A DNA stretch of 64,000 nt from Desulfosudaceae bacterium (GTDB lineage Bacteria; Desulfobacterota; Desulfobacteria; Desulfobacterales; Desulfosudaceae), in the NCBI GenBank assembly GCA_963674745.2, contig CAXXDV010000001.1, forward strand, positions 1 to 64,000, written 5' to 3'. Position numbers and translations under genes: made by a program. Shown piece by piece: positions 56,068 through 64,000 of this stretch (the stretch's first letter is position 1; every line of letters begins with the position of its first letter). The notes below the pieces were generated by a model that was not told the origin of the DNA, searched no databases, and saw nothing but the letters and a program-made list of their open reading frames with translations.

Positions 56068-57411
56068 TTACCCGTTTGAAGGGCCTTCCAGTATATTCAT
56101 GACAATGGCGGCTTCGCCGGTGCCGATCCAGCCCCCGCCGTTTTCGATCATGGCCAGCCGGGCGCCTTCCACCTGGCGTTTTCCGGCTTCGCCGGTCAGC
56201 TGGTAATAACATTCCGCCAGCATGGCCAGGCCGCTGGCGCCGATGGGATGGCCGCGGGACAAAAGACCGCCGCTGGTGTTAACCGGGGTTTTCCCGCCAA
56301 TTTTTGTGGCACCGGATGCCGCAAACGGACCGCCTTCTCCCCGGGGACAGAACCCGAGGTTTTCGGTCTGGACCAGCTCACCAAAAGAGGTGGCATCATG
56401 GACTTCAGCCAGATCGATGTCTTCCGGCCCCACCCCGGCCATGTCATAGGCCTGCCGGGCCAGTTCCGCCGCCCGCTCCTCACCGGGGCGGGTCATAGAA
56501 GCGGCCCCCAGCACGGTCGCCCGGATCTTCACCGGCCTGGCGCCGGTCAATTTTTTCAGATAATCCCCGGAAACGAGTATGGCCGCAGCGGCACCGTCGC
56601 CAATGGGAGCGCACATGGCCCGCGTCAGCGGATAAGAGACATCGTCATCATCCATTACCTGCTGCGGCGTCATTTCAAAACGGTACTGGGCCTTGGGATT
56701 CAGGGCGCCGTTATTATGGCTCTTGGCCGCGATAATGGCCAGGTGTTCCTGGGTGGTGCCGTATTTTTCCATATGCGCCCGGGTGGCAAGCGAGTAAAAG
56801 TCCATAAAGGCGCTGCGGTTTTCGCGTGTTTTTTTCTTTTGACCGGTCGTTTTTTCAATCTCCGCTCTCTTTTTCTCCGCCTGGGCTTTAATCGCGTCGA
56901 TCAACATTCTGGTGACCTCCACATCCGTTCCCGAGATAAATCCCGCCAGCGATTTTTTCTGAAGGAATTTGAGCATCTCTTCCTCGGATTTGCCCTGGGC
57001 TTTGGCCAGGTTGGCATACATCTCCGGCAATCCGTCTGAAGGCACGGCCTTGGGCACCGCCATCTTCTCTACACCGACGGCCAGGGCGATATCATACATG
57101 CCGGAAGCAATCCCTAAAAACGCGCCGTGGACGGCACATGAACCGGAAGCGCAGGCATTTTCCACATTCATAATGGGAATCTGCTCGATCCCGGAAGGTG
57201 CCAGGGCCACCTGTCCCCGGATACAGTGCTGGTCGTAGGGTGGGAAGCCCCACCCGGTATTTGAAAACCAGGCCGCCTGCAGTTCTTTTTTTTCAACAGG
57301 GCTGTTGTCAAAAAGATCCGCCAGAGCCCAGCCGGCCAATTGCTTCACCCCTTTATCAAAATGTTTGCCAAAGGGAATCATGCCAACCGATACGATATAT
57401 ACATCTCTCAT
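56068..57411 (-). CDS. SCP2/SCPx-type thiolase family protein
   Basis: NVENACASG, EVHDA, GHPIGASG, C-terminal ENGGG in place of CxG; Lys/Glu-rich insertion. Confidence 0.88.
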   Translation of the reverse strand: MRDVYIVSVGMIPFGKHFDKGVKQLAGWALADLFDNSPVEKKELQAAWFSNTGWGFPPYDQHCIRGQVALAPSGIEQIPIMNVENACASGSCAVHGAFLGIASGMYDIALAVGVEKMAVPKAVPSDGLPEMYANLAKAQGKSEEEMLKFLQKKSLAGFISGTDVEVTRMLIDAIKAQAEKKRAEIEKTTGQKKKTRENRSAFMDFYSLATRAHMEKYGTTQEHLAIIAAKSHNNGALNPKAQYRFEMTPQQVMDDDDVSYPLTRAMCAPIGDGAAAAILVSGDYLKKLTGARPVKIRATVLGAASMTRPGEERAAELARQAYDMAGVGPEDIDLAEVHDATSFGELVQTENLGFCPRGEGGPFAASGATKIGGKTPVNTSGGLLSRGHPIGASGLAMLAECYYQLTGEAGKRQVEGARLAMIENGGGWIGTGEAAIVMNILEGPSNG

Positions 57412-57483
57412 CACTTACTCCTTTTCGAATTCAACAGCCATGGCGTTACCGCCTATTGTTCAGGCCAATTATTCCGGATAACC

Positions 57484-57807
57484 CTAAAATGTTCTCGGCA
57501 TGGATGGCTTGCCCCGGTCCAGATACCGGAAGGCCTTTTTAAACTCCAGAAACTTTGTAATTTCGATTGCATCCTCCGGGCAGATGGCCACGCAGTCACC
57601 GCAGGCGATACAGGCCGCCATTCCTTCCACCATCCGTGATTTAGTATCAACCATCTCAAGGGCGGCGGCGGCACAGGCCGCGACGCACAATTTGCATCCC
57701 TTGCATTTTTCCGGATCGATCCTGACTTCACCCAGTAGTATATGGTCGCCGATTCTGTTATAACTCTCAATCGTTATTCTATCAGATAATTTCATAAACT
57801 CAGGCAT
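57484..57807 (-). CDS. 2x[4Fe-4S] ferredoxin
   Basis: CKGCKLCVAAC, CIACGDCVAICP; AGGAGG RBS. Confidence 0.88.
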   Translation of the reverse strand: MPEFMKLSDRITIESYNRIGDHILLGEVRIDPEKCKGCKLCVAACAAAALEMVDTKSRMVEGMAACIACGDCVAICPEDAIEITKFLEFKKAFRYLDRGKPSMPRTF

Positions 57808-57818
57808 ATTTGTCCCTC

Positions 57819-58565
57819 CTAATACTTAATAGAGAAAACCCCATTCTCGTCATACCAGTCAATGGCCTGGGTTTCCCGTTCCACATAACCGTCCGGCACG
57901 CCCAGGGGATAGCCGATGCCGATGGATTCGGCCAGCTTGTAAGGGTATCGGATACCCAGCCGTTTTTTCCATTTGGGCATCATGGCCAGAAACTCGACAA
58001 AACCCACCCAACAGGTCCCCAGACCGAAGCTGTGCGCCGCCAGCACCATGTTCTGGCCGGCAATGCCCACATCCACCAGGGGTTTTCCCGGGGACCGCCT
58101 GTCGTACAGGATGATGATAACCGTTGTGGCGCCATGCCACAGCCCCAGATCACCTTCGGCAATGGCTTTAACTGCCGCAAACGGAATGGGATGCAGGCTG
58201 TTGGGCATCATCCGCTGCCAGAACCGGGCCATCGGGCCCTTGATTTTTTTCCCGGGTTCCGTATAGTCAAGCATTTTAGTCGCCCGCTGACAGGACTTGA
58301 CCACGTCATCGGTCATCTCTTCAACCATCTTCGGATCCTGCACGACAATAAATTTCCAGGTCTGGGCATTGCCGGCCGAAGGCGCGTACCGGCCGGTCTC
58401 CAGAATCCGCCTGACAAGGTACTCGGGCACGGGCTTGTTTTTATAGGCCCGCACACTTCGCCGGCGGTAGATAACATCTTCCACAGCATTAAACGGCGCC
58501 CCGGACTCCGGCGGTGTGATTCGGCCTTTTTCTTCCGGCGCGTTTTCGTTTTCCTGCATCATCAT
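57819..58565 (-). CDS. Nitroreductase family protein (stand-alone)
   Basis: RRSVRAY, APSAGNAQTW, NMVLAAHSFGLGTCW, GYP. Confidence 0.88.
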   Translation of the reverse strand: MMMQENENAPEEKGRITPPESGAPFNAVEDVIYRRRSVRAYKNKPVPEYLVRRILETGRYAPSAGNAQTWKFIVVQDPKMVEEMTDDVVKSCQRATKMLDYTEPGKKIKGPMARFWQRMMPNSLHPIPFAAVKAIAEGDLGLWHGATTVIIILYDRRSPGKPLVDVGIAGQNMVLAAHSFGLGTCWVGFVEFLAMMPKWKKRLGIRYPYKLAESIGIGYPLGVPDGYVERETQAIDWYDENGVFSIKY

Positions 58566-58752
58566 CTTTCCCCCTTGTTTTTCATGACACTTACTGTCCC
58601 GGACAAACAGATACACAGATGATACCTGAAATATTCATAACCTGCCCTGCTTTTTTAATTTTGAACGCTTCTTACCATCCCGACAATTATCATCGTTAAT
58701 GGTTATAAAAGATACCGTAACCTTGATCGCTGAGGTTGCCTGACGAATATGT

Positions 58753-59070
58753 TTATTCTGCGCCGGCATATTGTACGCCGCATCCGTATCGCTCCTCATC
58801 CCCTGCCTCTAACCCCGTACACCACTTTACTTTCATCAGCCGCTGTTTCCAGGTGCCGGAGATTATCAGGTCAACAACCACCTTATCGTCTGTTCTGACC
58901 ACAATAAAATCGCCGGCCTCCAAAGGATCGGACAACTCAAAATACATGCCGCCCAGACTGAAATTACGCATCGAAGTATAAGAAAACTTCAGCGGCTTGC
59001 CGCCTAATACCAAAACAGGAACATCACATTGAAACCGGGGATACGCCCGCCGTGCTTCTTGTTTCTCCAT
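58753..59070 (-). CDS. PilZ domain protein
   Basis: RRAYPR (RxxxR) and NFSLGG (D/NxSxxG). Confidence 0.82.
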   Translation of the reverse strand: MEKQEARRAYPRFQCDVPVLVLGGKPLKFSYTSMRNFSLGGMYFELSDPLEAGDFIVVRTDDKVVVDLIISGTWKQRLMKVKWCTGLEAGDEERYGCGVQYAGAE

Positions 59071-59163
59071 TCAAAAATCCCCTTTATTTTTTTTAAGACC
59101 GGTCCCTTGAATCCGATATTTTTCAAAGGTCCGGCCGCAATGGTTTAATCACACCCGATTTTC

Positions 59164-59227
59164 TGGAAATATTTATTTCCAAAAACTTTATCAAAAAAGA
59201 TTGACTTTGGCAAGAGTTTTTGCCAAA
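59164..59227. promoter_or_regulatory. Two palindromes upstream of the third TetR (candidate operators)
   Basis: TGGAAATA-tt-TATTTCCA (59164-59181) and TTTGGCAA-N6-TTGCCAAA (59206-59227), next to TTGACT. Confidence 0.5.
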
Positions 59228-59234
59228 TTTTTTT

Positions 59235-59897
59235 ATGGTCAAAAAAAGGTATAAGCCCACAAGACAATACGCCGGCATCGATGCCGATCAACGACGTAAA
59301 GAACGACGGGAAAAGCTCGTTGACGCCGGTCTGGAAGCCTTCGGCACCATGGGATTCGGCCAGACAACCATTACCCAGATCTGCCGGCTGGCCAAATTAA
59401 ACGAGCGCTATTATTATGAATCGTTTAAAAAAAAGGATGACCTGCTGTGCGCGGTGTTCCGCCGCTTAATCAACGAATTGGAGTCGGAGGTTCAGGAAAT
59501 CATTAAAACACCCGGCATAACGCCTGAAAATGCCGTCTTTCAGTCCATAAAACATTTCTACCTTCGCTTTTTAAAAGATCCCCGCCGGGCCCGGGTTCAG
59601 CTGTTTGAGGTGCTTGGCGTCAGCCCGAAGGTAGACAAAGAATACCAGGGATCCATGCAGACCCTGGCCCACTGGGTTGAAGTCAGCTGCTGGGCGTTTT
59701 TCCCGGACATTGACCGTAAATGGCTGGCCAGATCGATTCTCCCCACCACCACGGCCGGCGGCATTGTCTGGGTTGCCCACAAGTGGGTCCTGGAAGGGTT
59801 TAAAACACCGGTAGATACGATTGTCGCCCAGGCAATGGACATGTTTATCGTCCTGGGCAACCATTATCAGGATGGAAAAAACAGGCTGCGAATATAG
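59235..59897 (+). CDS. TetR family regulator
   Basis: YAGIDADQRRKERREKLVDAGLEAFG..ICRLAKLNERYYYESF HTH. Confidence 0.88.
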   Translation: MVKKRYKPTRQYAGIDADQRRKERREKLVDAGLEAFGTMGFGQTTITQICRLAKLNERYYYESFKKKDDLLCAVFRRLINELESEVQEIIKTPGITPENAVFQSIKHFYLRFLKDPRRARVQLFEVLGVSPKVDKEYQGSMQTLAHWVEVSCWAFFPDIDRKWLARSILPTTTAGGIVWVAHKWVLEGFKTPVDTIVAQAMDMFIVLGNHYQDGKNRLRI

Positions 59898-59914
59898 CGT
59901 GTAAAGAAGGTGTC

Positions 59915-61111
59915 ATGAAAATACTCTATTACGAATGTTTCTCCGGAATAAGCGGCGACATGAACCTTGGCGCCATGGTTGATCTTGGTGTTGATCAGAG
60001 ATATCTGGTTCAAGAATTAAACAAGCTCCAGCTGTCCGGATACAAGGTTGAATTTTCCCGGGAAAAGAAAAAAGGCATCGAGGGCACACGGGCTCATGTC
60101 ATTCTTGAGAACAAACACCGTCATGGACATAATGACGCGCATCGGAACCTTGAAAAAATCAATACCATTATTGAAACCTCAAATCTTTCTGATGCCGTTA
60201 AAGTACTCAGTAAAAAGATATTTCGCGCAGTGGCTGAGGCCGAAGCAAAAGTTCATGGAACGACCATCGACAAAGTCCATTTCCATGAGGTCGGCGCTGT
60301 TGACTCAATCGTCGATATTGTCGGCGCCGCCATATGTTTTGACAGGCTCAAGGTTGATAAGGTTGTATGCACACCCATAGAACTGGGTGGTGGTTTCGTT
60401 CAATGCCGGCACGGCACCTTTCCGGTACCCGCCCCGGCGACTGTTGAAATATTAAAAAACATACCGGTTAAAACCGGCGCGGTTCAATTTGAAACGACAA
60501 CGCCTACCGGAGCCGCCATACTGGCAACCCTTGTCGACGAATATCTTGCTCAGGGATCTTTTACTTTTGAAAAAACCGGTTATGGTGTTGGATACCATGA
60601 TCTTGACATTCCCAATGTCCTCCGGGTGAGCCTCTGTTCTGATGCCACTGCCCTGAAAGATCTGCAATCACGAAAAGCCCTTGTCATTGAATGCAATATA
60701 GACGACATGAATCCGGAACATTATGACTTTGTTTTGAAGCGGCTCTTTGATGTCGGCGCGGACGATGTCTTTCTTACCCAGACCCAGATGAAAAAATCCC
60801 GTCCCGGTGTGCTTGTTTCGGTCGTTTGCCCCCTGGAGATAGAAGAGAAAGTCATCGAAACCCTCCTGGTGGAAACGACAACCCTTGGTGTTCGAAAATA
60901 TACGGTGGACAAACTGGCCATTAAACGGAATTACACCAAAGTCTCCACGGAATTTGGCGACATTACGGTTAAAACCGGTCATCTTGGCGGCAGGTGCATT
61001 AAAGCCAAACCGGAATATGAGGAGTGTAAAAAATCCGCCTTGTTGCACCATGTGCCCATACAGAGAGTTGTCGAAGAAGTACTCCGGCAATTCAACCACC
61101 AACGTCAATAA
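59915..61111 (+). CDS. larC: Nickel-pincer cofactor nickel insertase LarC
   Basis: SGISGDM, His patch, VHFHEVGAVDSIVDI, PVPAPAT, TPTGAA, ECNIDDM, MKKSRP, ETTTLGVR, KPEYEE. Confidence 0.93.
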   Translation: MKILYYECFSGISGDMNLGAMVDLGVDQRYLVQELNKLQLSGYKVEFSREKKKGIEGTRAHVILENKHRHGHNDAHRNLEKINTIIETSNLSDAVKVLSKKIFRAVAEAEAKVHGTTIDKVHFHEVGAVDSIVDIVGAAICFDRLKVDKVVCTPIELGGGFVQCRHGTFPVPAPATVEILKNIPVKTGAVQFETTTPTGAAILATLVDEYLAQGSFTFEKTGYGVGYHDLDIPNVLRVSLCSDATALKDLQSRKALVIECNIDDMNPEHYDFVLKRLFDVGADDVFLTQTQMKKSRPGVLVSVVCPLEIEEKVIETLLVETTTLGVRKYTVDKLAIKRNYTKVSTEFGDITVKTGHLGGRCIKAKPEYEECKKSALLHHVPIQRVVEEVLRQFNHQRQ

Positions 61112-61124
61112 TTCAGGAGAAACG

Positions 61125-61871
61125 ATGAATGCCGAGCAGATAAAAGCCCTTCTGGAACAGGTCAAATCCGGTAAAACAGCAGTAGATGCCGCTTTTGAAC
61201 GATTAAAAACCCTTCCCTATGAAGATCTCGGGCATTCAAAAATCGATCATCATCGCCAGGTGAGGTCCGGATATCCGGAGGTTATTTATTGCCAGGGGAA
61301 AACAAAAGACCAAATTGCCGATATCGTAAAGTGCATGCTTGACCGGGGAAGCAATATTCTGGCGACCAGGGCCTGTGAAAAAATGTATAACAAGGTGAAG
61401 GAATTAACGGATAAAGCGGTCTATCATCGTGTGGCCAGGATTATTGAGATCAAGCAGCAGGAAACGACCATTCCACAAACAACCATTGCTGTTGTTTCGG
61501 CAGGAACGTCTGACATTCCTGTTGCGGAAGAGGCCGCCGTTACCGCAGAAGCATTGGGCAACAAGGTTGACCGGACCTATGATGTCGGTGTGGCAGGGAT
61601 TCATCGCCTTATGGGTCATATCGGTTTGATCCGAAAAGCACGGGTCATTGTTGTTTGTGCCGGCATGGAGGGCGCTCTGGCCAGTGTTGTCGGCGGGCTT
61701 GTAGACAAACCGATCATTGCGGTTCCCACCAGCATTGGATACGGCGCGAACTTTGGCGGCATTTCCGCCTTACTGGGCATGCTTACCAGTTGTGCCAATG
61801 GCATCAGCGTCGTCAATATCGACAATGGCTTCGGGGCCGGATATGTCGCCAGCATGATCAACAAGCTTTAA
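61125..61871 (+). CDS. larB: Nickel-pincer cofactor carboxylase/hydrolase LarB
   Basis: IDHHRQVRSGYPEVIYCQGKT, SAGTSD, DVGVAGIHRL, GMEGAL, PTSIGYG, VNIDNGFGA. Confidence 0.93.
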   Translation: MNAEQIKALLEQVKSGKTAVDAAFERLKTLPYEDLGHSKIDHHRQVRSGYPEVIYCQGKTKDQIADIVKCMLDRGSNILATRACEKMYNKVKELTDKAVYHRVARIIEIKQQETTIPQTTIAVVSAGTSDIPVAEEAAVTAEALGNKVDRTYDVGVAGIHRLMGHIGLIRKARVIVVCAGMEGALASVVGGLVDKPIIAVPTSIGYGANFGGISALLGMLTSCANGISVVNIDNGFGAGYVASMINKL

Positions 61872-61876
61872 ACGCA

Positions 61877-63727
61877 TCAGGCGTGGGCCGCCAGCGGAGC
61901 GCCGGCACCCCGTCGATCATGCACCTTCCGCCCGTGGGCGGACAGAATGGTTTTTCTCAAACGAATGCTTTTCGGGGTCACCTCGATCATTTCATCGTCG
62001 CTGATGAAGCGAATGGCTTTTTCCAGGGTCATTGTCGGCACCGGGGTAAGGGTGACAGCCTCATCCTTGCCCGAAGCCCTCATGTTGGTCAGCTGCTTGG
62101 TTTTGCAGGGGTTGACGTTTAAATCCGTGTCCCGGTTGTATTCCCCGACAATCAGGCCTTCATATACAACATCCCCGGGGCGGACAAAAAGAATCCCCCG
62201 GGCTTCCAGGTTAAACAGGGCAAAGGCCACGGCTTTGCCTGAACGGTCTGAGACCAGGCTGCCGGTAAACCGGCCGGGAAAGTCTCCCCGATAGGGTTCA
62301 TAACCGGAAAAAGCGGTGTTAATGATACCGGTGCCTCGTGTATCGGTTAAGAACTCGTCCCGAAAGCCGATCAACGCCCGGGAGGGAACGGAAAACACCA
62401 GCCGGATGCGGTCATCGTCCTGCCGTTCCATACCGACCAGGCTGCCTTTTTTCTGAAGCAGTTTTTCAGTTACGATGCCGCTGTAAGCGGCCTCACAATC
62501 GATCAGCAGGTCTTCAACAGGCTCTAATCGACGACCATCCTGATATTTATAAATCACCTGGGGACGGCCCACGCAAAGTTCGAATCCTTCCCGGCGCATG
62601 GTTTCAATCAGGATGGCCATCTGGAATTCACCCCGCCCCTTGACGATAAAACTTTCCTTGTCTTCGGCGGCTTCCACCTGCATGGAGACGTTCATGAGGG
62701 TTTCCTTGACCAGACGGGCGTGAATCTTGCTGGACTGCACCAGTTTCCCCTCATGACCGGCCAACGGAGAGGTGTTGGCGGCAAACCGCATGAACACCGT
62801 GGGGTCATCTACCCGGATCCGGGGCAACGGATCGGGGCTTTCGTCGGTACAGATGGTATCACCGATATGCACGTCTTCTATGCCGGACATGACAATGATG
62901 TCACCGGCCCTGGCTTCCGAGGTGTTCTGCAGCCCCGGGCCATTGTATACCTGAAGCTGGGACACTTTTAACGGGATCTGGCCGCCGTCTTCATGAATGC
63001 AGACCAGGTTTTTTCTGGATGTCACCGAACCGTTGACCACCTTTCCAATGGCCAGGCGCCCCAGATAATCCGAGTAGCTCAGATCGGAGACCAGCATCTG
63101 GAACGGTGCTTCCGGATCAGCCGACGGCGCAGGGATCGCATCGATCATCATGTCCAGCAGCAGGTGAAGGTTTTCTCCATTGTCGGTCGGCGTTTTCATG
63201 GCAACCCCCTGCCGGCCGACGGCATACAGATAGGGGAACTCGATCTGCTCATCCGTCGCCCCGAGATCAATGAGCAGGCTGTAAATTTCTTCCAGGACTT
63301 CCGCGGGCCGGGCATCACCACGGTCGATCTTGTTAATGACCACAATAATTTTAAGATCGTTTTTCAATGCCTTGTCCAGCACAAACCGGGTCTGGGGCAA
63401 GGGGCCTTCGGAGGCATCGACCAGAAGAATAGCGCCGTCAGCCATGGAGAGCGCCCGTTCCACTTCTCCGCCGAAATCGGCATGTCCGGGCGTATCAATA
63501 ATATTAATTTTAGTGTCTTTCCAGTTGATGGCGCAGTTTTTGGCGGCAATGGTAATCCCCCGCTCCCGCTCCAGATCCATGTTGTCCATCAGTCGTTCGT
63601 CAACCGTCTGCCCGTCCCGGAACAAGCCGCTCTGTTTGAACATGGCATCCACCAGTGTGGTTTTACCATGGTCAACATGGGCGATAATGGCGATATTCCG
63701 TATCCCTTTGTTTTTCATCGTTTTCAT
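61877..63727 (-). CDS. typA: Ribosome-associated GTPase TypA/BipA
   Basis: IRNIAIIAHVDHGKTTLVD, ERGITI, DTPGHADFGGEVER, GRGEFQMAILIETMRREG, LTNMRASG; alternative start at 63718. Confidence 0.96.
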   Translation of the reverse strand: MKTMKNKGIRNIAIIAHVDHGKTTLVDAMFKQSGLFRDGQTVDERLMDNMDLERERGITIAAKNCAINWKDTKINIIDTPGHADFGGEVERALSMADGAILLVDASEGPLPQTRFVLDKALKNDLKIIVVINKIDRGDARPAEVLEEIYSLLIDLGATDEQIEFPYLYAVGRQGVAMKTPTDNGENLHLLLDMMIDAIPAPSADPEAPFQMLVSDLSYSDYLGRLAIGKVVNGSVTSRKNLVCIHEDGGQIPLKVSQLQVYNGPGLQNTSEARAGDIIVMSGIEDVHIGDTICTDESPDPLPRIRVDDPTVFMRFAANTSPLAGHEGKLVQSSKIHARLVKETLMNVSMQVEAAEDKESFIVKGRGEFQMAILIETMRREGFELCVGRPQVIYKYQDGRRLEPVEDLLIDCEAAYSGIVTEKLLQKKGSLVGMERQDDDRIRLVFSVPSRALIGFRDEFLTDTRGTGIINTAFSGYEPYRGDFPGRFTGSLVSDRSGKAVAFALFNLEARGILFVRPGDVVYEGLIVGEYNRDTDLNVNPCKTKQLTNMRASGKDEAVTLTPVPTMTLEKAIRFISDDEMIEVTPKSIRLRKTILSAHGRKVHDRRGAGAPLAAHA

Positions 63728-63763
63728 TCACAAAACCATTTATGTCTATGAGGAAAAACACAA

Positions 63764-63790
63764 AACCCGTCATACCTGTTATGACGGGTT
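63764..63790 (-). terminator. Hairpin with U-rich tail upstream of typA
   Basis: AACCCGTCATA-acagg-TATGACGGGTT followed on the minus strand by TTGTGTTTTT. Confidence 0.45.
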
Positions 63791-64000
63791 GTATTTAACC
63801 CACACCTTTTCTCATGGAAAAGGTCAAATTTTACAAGTTTTTGAGCTTTACGCTATTTTACTGGAAAAAGAAACGTTTTTCTGATGGACGGGCAGATTAA
63901 AAAAATCCGCCTTAAACTTTTTGGCGCCCGGCAACCGCCACATCATCTTATCCATTGCGGAATCTGCAACAGACCGGCACCAAGGCACCGCCTCATTGCC

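Noticed and set aside
59915..61111. Programmed frameshift in larC
   Set aside because: Both LarC halves are in one continuous frame.

Overview
A GC-rich bacterial chromosome segment. Gene content (Fe-S-rich redox proteins, MoeA-PBP fusion, FadN-type beta-oxidation) suggests an anaerobic Desulfobacterales-like deltaproteobacterium, which is an inference. The left half (1-34 kb) is mostly recognisable: FKBP/SlyD PPIase, bioAFDB, an FHA-EAL phosphodiesterase, a half-size TauE, two moeA genes, a TetR-TolC-MFP-RND efflux operon, a FixC/FixX-like pair, an orphan TRAP-binding protein, archease, OYE reductase, PLD, two tRNA-Ser genes and a fadN/thiolase operon. The most unusual part is 35-59 kb. A TetR gene with a duplicated 16-bp palindromic operator sits divergent from a ~13-kb co-oriented cluster. 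That cluster encodes DUF169, three QueG/reductive-dehalogenase-fold 2x[4Fe-4S] proteins (a fourth lies at 52.2 kb), a C-GCAxxG-C-C protein, two paralogous multi-Fe-S proteins, an anchor-less Frd/Sdh-like pair whose flavoprotein has lost one carboxylate-binding site, a condensation-type acyltransferase, a LigB/DODA dioxygenase and two DUF1847 proteins. It is flanked by two decayed Fe-S genes that the ORF track misses or shows only in part. A minus-strand nitroreductase/ferredoxin/SCP2-thiolase/MaoC/esterase operon follows, then larC-larB and typA. Several palindromic repeat families occupy intergenic spaces. I saw no CRISPR, rRNA, integrase or transposase. Family assignments come from motif recognition by eye, not database searches.
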